Assembly: GCF_006345805.1 (NCBI RefSeq)
Contig: NC_043002.1
Coordinates: 106,888,001 to 106,952,000 of the forward strand
DNA: 64,000 nt
Source: Octopus sinensis
Taxonomy: Eukaryota
Direction: 5' to 3'
Shown in pieces: positions 38,205 to 48,834 of this stretch. The position numbers were made by a program, and so were the translations under genes. The notes under the pieces were generated by a model. The model was not told where the DNA came from. It was given only the letters and a program-made list of their open reading frames with translations, and made no database searches. Numbering within the stretch: position 1 is the stretch's first letter; every line of letters starts with the position of its first letter.

Positions 38205-38610
38205 AGCAGGAGTGGCTGGGTGATAAGTAGCTTGCTTACCAACCACATGGTTCCGTGTTAATTCCCACTGCGTGGCACCTTGGGCAAGTGTCTTCTACTA
38301 TAGCCTCAGGCCGGCCAAAGCCTTGTGAGTGGATTTAGTAGACAGAAACTGAAAGAAGCCCATCGTATATATATATTTATGTGTGTGTGTGTGTGTGTGT
38401 GTATATGTTTGTGTGTCTGTGTTTGTCCCCCCCAAAATCGCTTGACAACCAATAGTAGGGTGTTTACGTCCCCGTAACTTAGTGGTTCGGCAAAAGAGAC
38501 CGATAGAATAAGTACTAGGCTTACAAAGAATAAGTCCTGCAGTTGATTTCCTCGACTAAAGGCGGTGCTCCAGCATGGCTGCAGTCAAATGACTGAAACA
38601 AGTAAAAGAG
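38205..38610 (+). mobile_element. SINE family A
   Basis: Family A head, body and tail. Confidence 0.9.
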
Positions 38611-38856
38611 ATATCATTATCACCGTTTAACGCCTGCTTTCCATGCTGGCATGGGTTGGAAACTTTGACTGAGGGCTGCACCTGAGCCAGAGGTTAGACT
38701 AGGCTCAATCTGATCTGGCAAAGTTTCTACAGCTGGATGTCCTTCCTAATGCCAACCACTCCAAGTGTGTAGTGGGTGCTTTTACTCAACTAAAGGCAGT
38801 GCTCCAGCATGGCTGCAGTCAACTGATTGAAACAAGTAAAAGAGTAAAATACTTAC

Positions 38857-38952
38857 ATCTAACATATCTTGTAACGATAAAGTCTCTTTCTGGAGTCTTC
38901 TCTCAGGCCGCTTCTGGAAGTAGTACTCATTTCTGTTATTCAATTTATTACA
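38857..38952 (-). CDS. GGNBP2: GGNBP2 penultimate coding exon
   Basis: ttttccag|TGT...GAT|gtaagt; CNKLNNRNEYYFQKRPERRLQKETLSLQDMLD, with SLxxxLD motif before the C-terminal helix; phase 0-0. Confidence 0.82.
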
Positions 38953-39224
38953 CTGGAAAAAGAATAAAATAATCTACAAAATCAGGTTACCAACTAATGA
39001 TGGCCTCTCACAACCATTTTAATGTTGTGAGTGGCTCCAACTGTTTAATCAACAGATTTATTTACTCATTAAATTAACAGGGAAGAGGATAAAAATTCCC
39101 AAAATTTGTCATTAAAATTACTTTGGGCAGAATTAGTTGGACACTTTTGTAATGATGTTAAGCCTTATCATTGGTCATCCTGCAGGCTCCCCTAACAGAT
39201 TCCATCAATACAGCAACCCTCGTT

Positions 39225-39467
39225 GTCAGTGTCGAGTCCAGTTTGCTGGACATTGTTGTAGAGCTGAAAAAGAGGTAATTTTTACTCTTCTCCTCTGGAA
39301 GCCATCTACTCGCAATACCAGAGGGCGCACACTCTCCTACCCTGATGTAATCTCCAGGGATACAGGCATCCAGCAACAGGACCTCCGTAATGCCATGATG
39401 GACCGTGAAGTCTGGTGTAGCATGGTAAATTCCATTGTCTCGACCACGGTCGAACAATGATGATGAT
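39225..39467 (+). mobile_element. RTE-type LINE 3' end
   Basis: QFAGHCCR...LLLWKP...RGR...YPDVISRD...MMDREVW plus (TGA)n tail. Confidence 0.75.
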
Positions 39468-39970
39468 CAATACAGAGTATTGTCATAATAGGAAGCCCAC
39501 AGCAATGAAGGAGTTGAGGCAGAGAAAATAGGGCCTAAGCAAAACAGAAGAGGTATGAATTGATCTAGTCCAGGCTGAACACTGTTTGTTCACTCAGAAA
39601 CTGGATACCTACAACTGGATTGTCCAACATGTCTCTTTTTCCAAGACAGTACCATGCAATTTTATCAAAATTTGGCTGTATTATGTAGAGAGCTTATCGG
39701 CAGTTCAAAAGACTTTTTTTCATTACCTCAAATGATTTAACAGAGCAGTATGGACAATTATGTGTGTGTGTGTGTATGCGTGCATGCACACACAGACACT
39801 AAGAGTTAGGTATGCCCTAAAACCAAACACTACAATTATCTCATGTGACCATTCATAAGATGGTAATCTTAGATATATTTGTGGTGGTGGTGGTGGTGGT
39901 GGTGGAGATGCAGTGTTCACAGCTGGAACTAAAGATCTGCTCAATCACAGGTATCATATTTATTCTTTAA

Positions 39971-40185
39971 CCCTTTCGTTACTGTATTTATTTTGAGATG
40001 CTCTGTGTTTCTTTCAATTACTTTATATATAACAAAGAATTTAGTAAAATAACTTTGTTATCATTCAGCTAGTGTTAGGAACATAAATTGTGACTAAGGT
40101 TTGGTGGAAGATTTTAATTCAAAACTTATGAATACAAGACATTTGTATTACAGAGCCGGTTTCAGCCGGGTTGGTAACGAAAGGG
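39971..40185. mobile_element. piggyBac-type MITE family 2
   Basis: TTAA|CCCTTTCGTTAC...GTAACGAAAGGG|TTAA. Confidence 0.9.
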
Positions 40186-40533
40186 TTAAAGTAATCCTGA
40201 AATTTACCTTACAATTTAGCATATTAACCACTTTACTAATGAACTACCAATGAACTACCATTACAGGTAGTTCATTGCAAACTTCCCACACCTGCCACAT
40301 GCACCACCAGTGGTACATTCTCGTAATTTCAGAAAATATTTCATTCTGTATCTCTGACATGGTTTTGAGAATATTTAAATAACGTCAGCGCTAAATATTA
40401 AAGTTTAATTATGAAATAATGTAAAAATGCAACAAAGTACATATCCTTGTAATTAAAAAGTATGCAGCATGACTAGAAATATGTTGCATCACCGGTAAAT
40501 TCCAATAACAGGCTGTAGCAGTTACTGTGTTAA

Positions 40534-41197
40534 CCCTTTTGATACCAACCCAGCTGAAACCGGCTCTGGCTCTGTAGTACAAATGTCTCATTTTCGTAAG
40601 TTTTGAATTAAAATCTTCCACCAAACCTTAGTCACAATTTATGTTCCTAACACTAGCTGAATGATAACTAAGTTATTTTACTAAATTCTTTGTTATACTT
40701 AAAATTAATTGAAAGAAACACAGAGCATCTCAACAGAAATATGGTAACAAAAGGGTTAAAATATATAACAGAGAAACAATTCTTAACCCTTTTGATACCA
40801 ACTCGGCTGAAACCGCTTCTGGCTCTGTAGTAGAAATGTCTTGTTTTCAAAAGTTCTGAATTAAAACCTTCCACACTAGCTGAATGATAACTAAGTTATT
40901 TTACTAAATTCTTATACTTAAAATTAATTGAAAGAAACACAGAGCATCTCAACAGAAATATGGTAACAAAAGGGTTAAAATATATAACAGAGAAACAATT
41001 CTTAACCCTTTTGATACCAACTCGGCTGAAACCGCTTCTGGCTCTGTAGTAGAAATGTCTTGTTTTCAAAAGTTCTGAATTAAAACCTTCCACACTAGCT
41101 GAATGATAACTAAGTTATTTTACTAAATTCTTTGTTATATTTCAAGTAATTGAAAGAAACACAGAACATCTCAAAATAAATATGGTAACAGAAAGGG
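40534..41197. mobile_element. Three tandem family-2 TTAA MITEs (40534-40755, 40787-40974, 41006-41197)
   Basis: Each begins TTAACCCTTTTGATACC and ends AAAGGGTTA; identical spacer aatatataacagagaaacaattc between units. Confidence 0.9.
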
Positions 41198-41855
41198 TTA
41201 GTAGATTTTCAGAACCTATGGCCAACCCAACACTGCATTATTCAAGCTGAAAAAGGAGCCTTTGTGTAGTTCCTCCGGCCAAAGAGGAGATCCTATGCAG
41301 CTACACAAACTCCAAGAAATAACAGCCAAATTTCCAACGAATTGCATAAAATGAGAAGGAAACCTGCCTCGCCAAGATAATGTAGTCTCGGATATACTGC
41401 AGCTTTCAAAATGACACAACAACGACAGCTTGAACACTGTTGGTCAGACATCTACCCAATGAAAGTTAGCCTATGGTTAAATACTAATAACAGACTTTAC
41501 TAATAATAATCCTTGTTTTTAATTCAGTGCAGATCCCAGAACGCCGATCATTGCCACAAAGATCATTTTTAACCTTTTAGTGTTTAAACCGGCCATATCC
41601 GGCCAAAATATTCTACCTTATTTTATGTTTAAACTAGTCCGGTATGGTCATTCATAGCTATCTTATTGTGTCATTTTAAGAATAAACAATCACATCATTG
41701 AAATCTCAAAGCTATGAAATGATGCAAGATTAATTTTACATGGTGTGAATACATAAGCTTTACATTTGACAGAATAATCTGAATGCTAAAGGGTTAAAGG
41801 AGATAATTAAGATACAAAATTCTCAGCAAGGTTTTATCAAGATTTATGAACTTAC

Positions 41856-41959
41856 CTGATCAGGGGACTGATCCTTTAGAGTAGAATTTCGATTTACCCG
41901 ACAATTATTCCAAGGGCTAAGACCTAGAGACACTGAATTTTCTAAACCATCACAGTCAC
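41856..41959 (-). CDS. GGNBP2: GGNBP2 probable coding exon
   Basis: tttccag|GT...CAG|gtaag; phase 1 to 0 exactly bridges the flanking exons; GDCDGLENSVSLGLSPWNNCRVNRNSTLKDQSPDQ; no strong homology recalled. Confidence 0.72.
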
Positions 41960-42936
41960 CTGGAAAATATATAAAAAGCCATATCACAAGAGGTTCAAAC
42001 TGAAGTTACACACGCACACTTCATTTATAAAATGAGACACCAGTTTCTGTCCCCCCCCCGTTTCACTAAAACCTTTCGTCATCCAACACAAGATGACCTC
42101 TTCCAATGCCTCCTCCCCTTTTATTGAAATCCTTTTATTTGTTTCAGTCATGTTGACTGCGGCCATGATGGAGCACCGCCTTCAGTCGAACACATTGACC
42201 CCAGGACTTATTCTTTGTAAGCCTAGTACTTATTCTATCAGTCTCTTCGCTGAATGGTTAGATTACGGGGACGTAAACACACCAACATCGGTTGTCAAGC
42301 AATGGTGGTGGGACAAACACACACACATATATATTCGACAGGCTTTCTTCAGTTTCTGTCTACTAAATCCACTCACAAGGCTTTGGTTGGCCCGAGGCTA
42401 TAGTAGAAGAAACTTGCCCAAGGTGCCACACAATGGGAATGAACTCAGAACCATGTGGCTGGTAAGCAAGCTACTTACCACACAGCCACACCTGCACCTA
42501 TCCTTTTTTGGTCTTGCAAGTAGTTGGTGACCCTGTCAGTGCAGGTGCCACTTAAAAAGCACCCAGTCCACACTGTAAAGTGGTTGGTGTTAGGAAGGGC
42601 ATCCAGCTGTAAAAATCCTTCCAAAACAATCACAGAAGTCTGGTGCAGGCTTCTGCCTGGCCAGCCCTTGTCAAACTGTCGCACCCGTGTTAGCATGGAA
42701 GGCAAACGTTAAACAATGATGATGATTTTACATTGATTACTGGCAGGCAAATCATATACATATCATCATCGTTTAATGTCCATTTTCCATGCTGGCATGT
42801 GTTGGACGGTTTGACTGAGGACTGGTAAGCCAGTGACTGCACCAGGCTCCAGTCTGATCTAGCAATGTTTCTACAGCTGGAAGCCCTTCCTAACGCCAAC
42901 CACTTGGAGAGTGTAGTGGGTGCTTTTTACGTGCCA

Positions 42937-43896
42937 CTGAATTAGGACTATATAAAATCATATAAGAAAACCATATCCAAGTTCATTAGAATGGAAAAAT
43001 GATTTTACTCCCAAAAGCAGTCACTCCTCAGGTCAAATTTCTAAAAAAACCTAAAAACTAATAATTGAAAGTTTAACTTACCTCATAATATAAGGAATAA
43101 AAAATAAGGATAAAAATATATAACTAAAGAAACAAAACCTGTAATGTAATCCCTAAGTTAAGGACATTAATATTAAAAGTTATGAACTAAAATGTTCAAA
43201 TAGAGTATTATTGTGAACATGATTAATTCATTATGGAGAAGGTAAATAAATGTAAATCCGTGTTAGTGTATAATGTCGATATTGTTTAGAATAAATTTAA
43301 AAAACATGACTTAACACCAACCACTCAGCAGAGTGGACTTAATGCTTTTTATGTGACACAAGCATGAGCGAGGTCAGTTTTGGCAAGGTTTTTATAGCTG
43401 ACTACCCTTTCAAATGTCAACCATTTACAGTGTGGGCTGGATGCTTTTTAAGTGGCACCTGCACTGATGGTCATTAAGTACCTTGCAAGACAAAAAAAAG
43501 TCATGTTTTTTTAATTTATTCTAAACAATATTAACATTCATCTTTTATTAACTTTATCCACTAACACGGATTTACATTTATTTACCTTCTCCATAATGAA
43601 TTAATCATGTTCACAATAATACTCATATTTAAATATTTTGGTTCGTAACGTTTAATAAAATTAATGTCCTTAACTTAGAGATTACATTACAGGTTTTGTT
43701 TCTTTAGTTATATATTTTTATCCCTTATTTTTTATTCCTTATATTATAAGGTAAGTTAAACTTTCAATTATTAGTTTTTAGGGCTTTTTTAGAAATTCGA
43801 CCTGAGGAGTGACTGCTTTTGGGAGTAAAATCATTTTCCCATTCTAATGAACTTGGATATGGTTTTCTTATCTGATTTTATATAATCATAATTCAG
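42937..43896. repeat. Long diverged inverted repeat (arms about 380-400 bp) in a GGNBP2 intron
   Basis: 42937-43312 is the reverse complement of 43498-43896 with scattered substitutions and indels; spacer is a decayed (GAT)n-family repeat. Confidence 0.92.
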
Positions 43897-43918
43897 CCAT
43901 GAAACGTGCGTAGTCAAT
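43795..43918 (+). ncRNA. Type-I hammerhead ribozyme with long loop II, antisense in a GGNBP2 intron
   Basis: auucGAC-CUGAGGA-GUGACUG...CAGCCAU-GAAA-C-GUGC-G-UA-GUCaau; core 43802-43808, GAAA 43901-43904, GUA cleavage after 43912; one mismatch in stem II. Confidence 0.68.
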
Positions 43919-44323
43919 GTACAAGTACTTACTTTTATACATTATATTATAGTATTAATTTTTATGGTTCAATTTATACTTTATTTGACTTTAGATTAAT
44001 ATTTTTTTGATGAATGTTTCTTTGTGTAATATTCGCTGTGATTTTAAAAGTATTTGCTCTTCTATATTATATGATTGTAATAATCTCACAGTTCAATATT
44101 ATATATTATTAAAATTTTAGACTAGTATTTTGTATGGTATGTCTCACAGCATGGTTTTGGAAGGGTTCTTCATTGACTGAGTTGTGGAATGGTGGTTTGT
44201 CTCTAAATTAGTTATATACATATATTATATATTACGAAATTCGGCATAATATTATTATACTGAATTTTACCTGTAAGGTTGGAATAATAATTTATTCCCT
44301 AATATTATTATTATTACTATATA

Positions 44324-44398
<75 letters not shown>

Positions 44399-44411
44399 TA
44401 CACGCACACGT

Positions 44412-44722
44412 AGAGGCACAATGGCCCAGTGGTTAGGGCAGCGGACTCGTGGTCGTAGGATCGCGGTTTCAATTCCCAGACCGGGCGTTGTGAGTGTTTA
44501 TTGAGCGAAAGCACCCAAAGCTCCACGATGTTACGGCAGGGGGTGGGTGGCGATCCCTGCTGTACTCTTTCGCCACAACTTTATCTCACTCTTTCTTCTG
44601 TTGGCCTGCTCGCTTAGCCAGCGGGGTGGCGTCATTTGAAGGCTAAAACAATGCGAAGCGCATTGTGACCAGCAATGTGTGGCAACATCTGATAGCCTGT
44701 TCGGTCACGGTGATCACGGTGA
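44412..44722 (+). mobile_element. SINE family C (alternative 3' module)
   Basis: Closely similar to 13979-14260. Confidence 0.88.
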
Positions 44723-45105
44723 TACACACACACACACAATCCCTGCTTATGACAATTATTTGCTTGGGAAGAGGATATTAAAATATTAGGAGAGCATGTA
44801 TGTGATTGTGTGTACATACATATGCATTTTTGTTTATTTTCAAGGCTGTTCTCCCATGCTAATGTGAGTTACAGGTATGCGTTATCAATGCATTGTTTTA
44901 CAGCCAAATCCCCTTCCTGTTGCTAACCCCTACCAGTCTTTCCAGGACGGGTTCATCTATTCCTCATTGTACTTAACTCGTTGAATCTTTGTCAAACCAC
45001 TCATCCCATGCCAGCATTAAACATAGACATTAAATGATGATCATCATCCTCATGTTCATCTTCAAAAGTGCAAACCCAGCAAAAAAAGTTTTTTAATACC
45101 AATAA

Positions 45106-45508
45106 GCGCAGGAGTGGCTGTGTGGTAAGTAGCTTGCTAACCGACCACATGGTTCCGGGTTCAGTCCCACTGCGTGGCATCTTGGGCTAGTGTCTTCTGC
45201 TATAGCCTCGGGCCGACCAATGCCTTGTGGGTGGATTTGGCAGACGGAAACTGAAAGAAGCCTGTCGTATATATGTACATATATGTATGTGTATGTGTGT
45301 TTGTGTGTCTGTGTTTGTCCCCCTAGCATTGCTTGAAAACCGATGCTGGTGTGTTTGCGTCCCCGTCACTTAGCGGTTCGGCAAAAAGAGACCGATAGAA
45401 TAAGTACTGGGCTTACAAAGAATAAGTCCCGGGGTCGATTTGCTCGACTGAAGGCGGTGCTCCAGCATGGCCGCAGTCCAATGACTGAAACAAGTAAAAG
45501 AGTAAAAG
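45106..45508 (+). mobile_element. tRNA-derived SINE family A (CORE-like), full length
   Basis: GCAGGAGTGGCTGTGTGGTAAG head with B-box-like GGTTCAGTCCC, internal (TA/TG)n, GTAAAAGA tail; further copies at about 3160-3541, 18000-18397, 21932-22295, 33510-33720, 42133-42498, 61149-61559 and 63774-64000. Confidence 0.9.
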
Positions 45509-45680
45509 AAATGACAACACCACCACCACCACTTGTAGCTCAGCACTTTTTGGAGAAAGCTAACTGTAAATACACACACACACACACACACATATATTGG
45601 ACAAGCTTCTTTTAGCCTTTGTCAACCAGATCCACTCAAAACCGAAATGTCTTGCTACAGAATATGAAAATAGCATTTAC

Positions 45681-46332
45681 CTTTTTGATGAAGAAAGTCT
45701 TCTAAACACATCACATCTGCATTCTCATTGGAACCTTGTAGTCCACAATTTTCACAGCCTTCTGCTCCTGATGAATACCCACAATCACTTCCGTTACTTG
45801 TCGTATAGTTGGAACCAACAGAATTTAAAGTTGTAGTAGTTGATGAGGACGACGATGAAGATGATGACGACGAAGAGGTGGCCATCCTATCTACGTTATG
45901 AACCAGGTCGCAACACCGCCCCATGTTGTAGTACTCAGCGTCCTCATCATCATCATCATCTGCCTCTGTAGTCATTGTATGCTTGCTATTGCTACTGCTA
46001 TTACTACTACTACTACTGCTGCTACTACTGCTACTACTACTACTAGTGGTTTTAGTGGCGATGTTTGAAGTTGTTGTTGGCCGACATCTGCGACCGCACC
46101 GGTGTGTTAGCAGAGATGGTGGCGATGTAGACTGCTCTCGTTGTAGTACCCTAGATTTTGACACAGCCTTACCACAACAGGGCGCCTTCATATCTGCCAC
46201 CTTTCGATAAATTTCATTGGCTGCCTTCTGACAGTTCTCTATGGAAACCAGTTTCATGTCATGATCGCTTCTGGAGATTTCCTTGTGACGACCATTGTAA
46301 ATTCTAGAACTTTTCTTTGGACTATTATCACA
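45681..46332 (-). CDS. GGNBP2: GGNBP2 large low-complexity coding exon
   Basis: ttttctag|TGT...AAAG|gtaaat; 652 nt open, in frame with track ORF 45655-46257; contains SDCGYSSG as recalled from GGNBP2 homologues, plus poly-Ser and poly-Asp tracts. Confidence 0.88.
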
Positions 46333-46494
46333 CTAGAAAAAGAATACAAAGATGAAAAAGAATATAAAGAATACTAAATAGGTAGCAATTCTAATAACAA
46401 ATTAGTGAAATAAATAAAAACAGGTCAACTAGTGAAATTCAAATTACGATATATGTAAACAAAGTTTGCTTTGTAGGAAAAGTGTTGAGATGTA

Positions 46495-46833
46495 TTGAAA
46501 TATACAGATAAGGAGATAGTTTATTCTCAAGTGCAGAATAATGCATGAATAGGATAGAACATCCTTATATTGCAGAAAAATTTGTCAGCAGCCAGCCACG
46601 AGACTCGAACTCACATCTCTGTGATTACTGGTCAAGTGCTTTACCATTAAGCTAAACTGCCCACTCACAAATTTTTCTGCAATTTTTGACTGGTAATCAC
46701 AGAGATGCGAGTTCGAGTCTCGTGGCTGGCCGCTGACAAATTTTTCTGCAATATAAGGTTAATGTCCTATTCATGCTACTCATGCATTATTCTGTGCTTG
46801 AGAATAAATTATCTCCATATCTGTATATTTCAA
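46495..46833. repeat. Inverted repeat (arms about 140 bp) built around a tRNA-like sequence
   Basis: 46495-46635 pairs with 46686-46833. Confidence 0.9.
46588..46662 (-). pseudogene. tRNA-like pseudogene or tRNA-derived head (Thr-like anticodon loop)
   Basis: GGGCAGTTTAGCTTAATGGTAAAGCAC...GAGTTCGAGTCTC...GCTGGCT: A box, B box and T-arm present; acceptor and anticodon stems mismatched; loop CCAGTAA here versus CTGGTAA in the partial mirror copy. Confidence 0.6.
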
Positions 46834-47539
46834 CCACTGAATGTTGATTTTGGATGGCACACAAGGCTGCAAAGTGCTGAGAGTTGTTGACAGAAGACAT
46901 GATAAAGGTAGACAACGGAAAAGTTGTGAGTTTAGTTTTGAGACTGTCAGACCTACAAAGTGACAGGCAAGACCCTAACACAAAAACTGTACACCTCACT
47001 GAGAAAGTCTTCTAGAGTTACTGGAATAACAAAAATTTTCATTATTGACTAATATTACAAGTGCAACAGCTAGAATAAGAATAGGATGGAGAAAGTTCAG
47101 AGAGCTTTTACCAGTTGGCAACAAAAAGTTACTCTCTCTGAGTGAAAGGAAGATTGTATGATGCATGTGTAGAAAGGTAATGCTCCATGATAGTGAGACT
47201 TGGGCCCTAAATGCAGAGGAGATACAAAGACTAGAGAGGAATGAAGCTGGTATGCACCACTGAAAGGCGGAGAGCTGGCAGAAACGTTAGCACGCCGGGT
47301 GAAATGCGTAGCCGTATTTCGTCTGCCGTTACGTTCTGTGTTCAAATTCCGCCAAGATTGACTTTGCCTTTCATCTTTTCGGGGTCGATTAAATAAGTAC
47401 CAATTACGGACTAGGGTCGATATAATCGACTTAATCCGTTTGTCTATCCTTGTTTGTCCTCTCTGTGTTTAGCCCCTTGTGGGTAGTAAAGAAGTAGGTA
47501 TGCACCACTGAATGTGCAAGACCAGTGTACAAGTGCAAC

Positions 47540-47815
47540 AAAGCACTGGTGTATAGAGGAAAAAAGTTAGGCATAAGAGGAATTAGAAACAGTCTGCAAG
47601 AGAGAAGATGGTGCTGTTTAATTGTGTGATGCATATGGGTGAGGACAGTTGCATGAAGAAGTGTTGATCACTTAAAGTAGAAAAAAATTGTGGAAGAGGG
47701 TGGCTGAAGAAGACATGGGACAAAGTACTGAAGGCTGATCTCAAAACATTGAGCCTCACAAAAGAGATGACAAAGGACTGAAATAGCCGGTGCATTGTTG
47801 TACAAGAAAACCTGC
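47540..47815 (+). mobile_element. RTE-type LINE fragment
   Basis: Decayed VMHMGEDSCMKKC..LKVE..CGRG..KKTWDKVLKADL; related to 54615-55050. Confidence 0.7.
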
Positions 47816-48513
47816 CCACCACAACAAAACTGATATTCTAAAACCACCATTGTAATGCATGTCCATGAGGGGCTCTGCCCCATCCACCTTCTCCCACCTA
47901 CATCACATTCCCTAACACCCATCACTTCCTCTATCACTTGAGAGCAGATCAGGCGGGCCCATACTACACCCCTGGTATTATCAGTTACCTTTACTTCCTC
48001 CCCAGTCACCTTTCCCCCTACCTACTGTCTCCAATCACCTCCTTTCTGTCCCTCCTCTGCCCTCCACCATCAACTCCTCATTTACCCAGCTACCACCCTC
48101 AATGCCCTCACACATCTACTACAACCCCTAACCTCAAGTCACTCCTATACTTCTCTCCATTTGATAGTCACCTCATCCTGTCCACTCACCCAACCCAAGC
48201 CTCCATATTACCTCACCTAATCTTACCACCCCCAATGTCCCTCAAGGGCATACCCTGATACATCTCTGCCATCATCACTTTCACTATTACTCTCTTTATC
48301 TTACTCTTTGTTTACTAACTGGGGTATCCATGTTTCTACTCTACAGCAAGACACGACACCAATATCTGTTCCCTCTGTACCTTAAATCTCTCAAATAGCA
48401 CAAAGCCACACACCCTTAATACTACTCCCTGATTTCCCAGTTGGGGAGTTTCTGCTTTGCAAAGTATTCGGTGACCCTGTGGGTGCTGATGCCACATAAA
48501 AAAACACATGAAT

Positions 48514-48834
48514 AAAAAGCATTGGTGATGGTACCACATAAAAAGCACTGGTGATGGTACCACATAAAAAGCACTGGTGATGGTACCACATAAAAAGCAC
48601 TGGCGATGGTACCACATAAAAAGCACTGGCGATGGTACCACATAAAAAGCACTGGCGATGGTACCACATAAAAAGCACTGGCGATGGTACCACATAAAAA
48701 GCACTGGTGATGGTACCACATAAAAAGCACTGGTGATGGTACCACATAAAAAGCACTGGTGATGGTACCACATAAAAAGCACTGGTGATGGTACCACATA
48801 AAAAGCACTGGTTATGGTACTACATAAAAAGCAC
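48514..48834. repeat. 26-bp minisatellite (12 units) inside a family E element
   Basis: tggtgatggtaccacataaaaagcac with period 26 from 48523 to 48809. Confidence 0.95.

Noticed and set aside
48514-48834. Regular short repeats resembling a CRISPR array, and repeat-encoded ORFs at 48336-48808
   Set aside because: No spacers, eukaryotic context, no cas genes; a simple minisatellite
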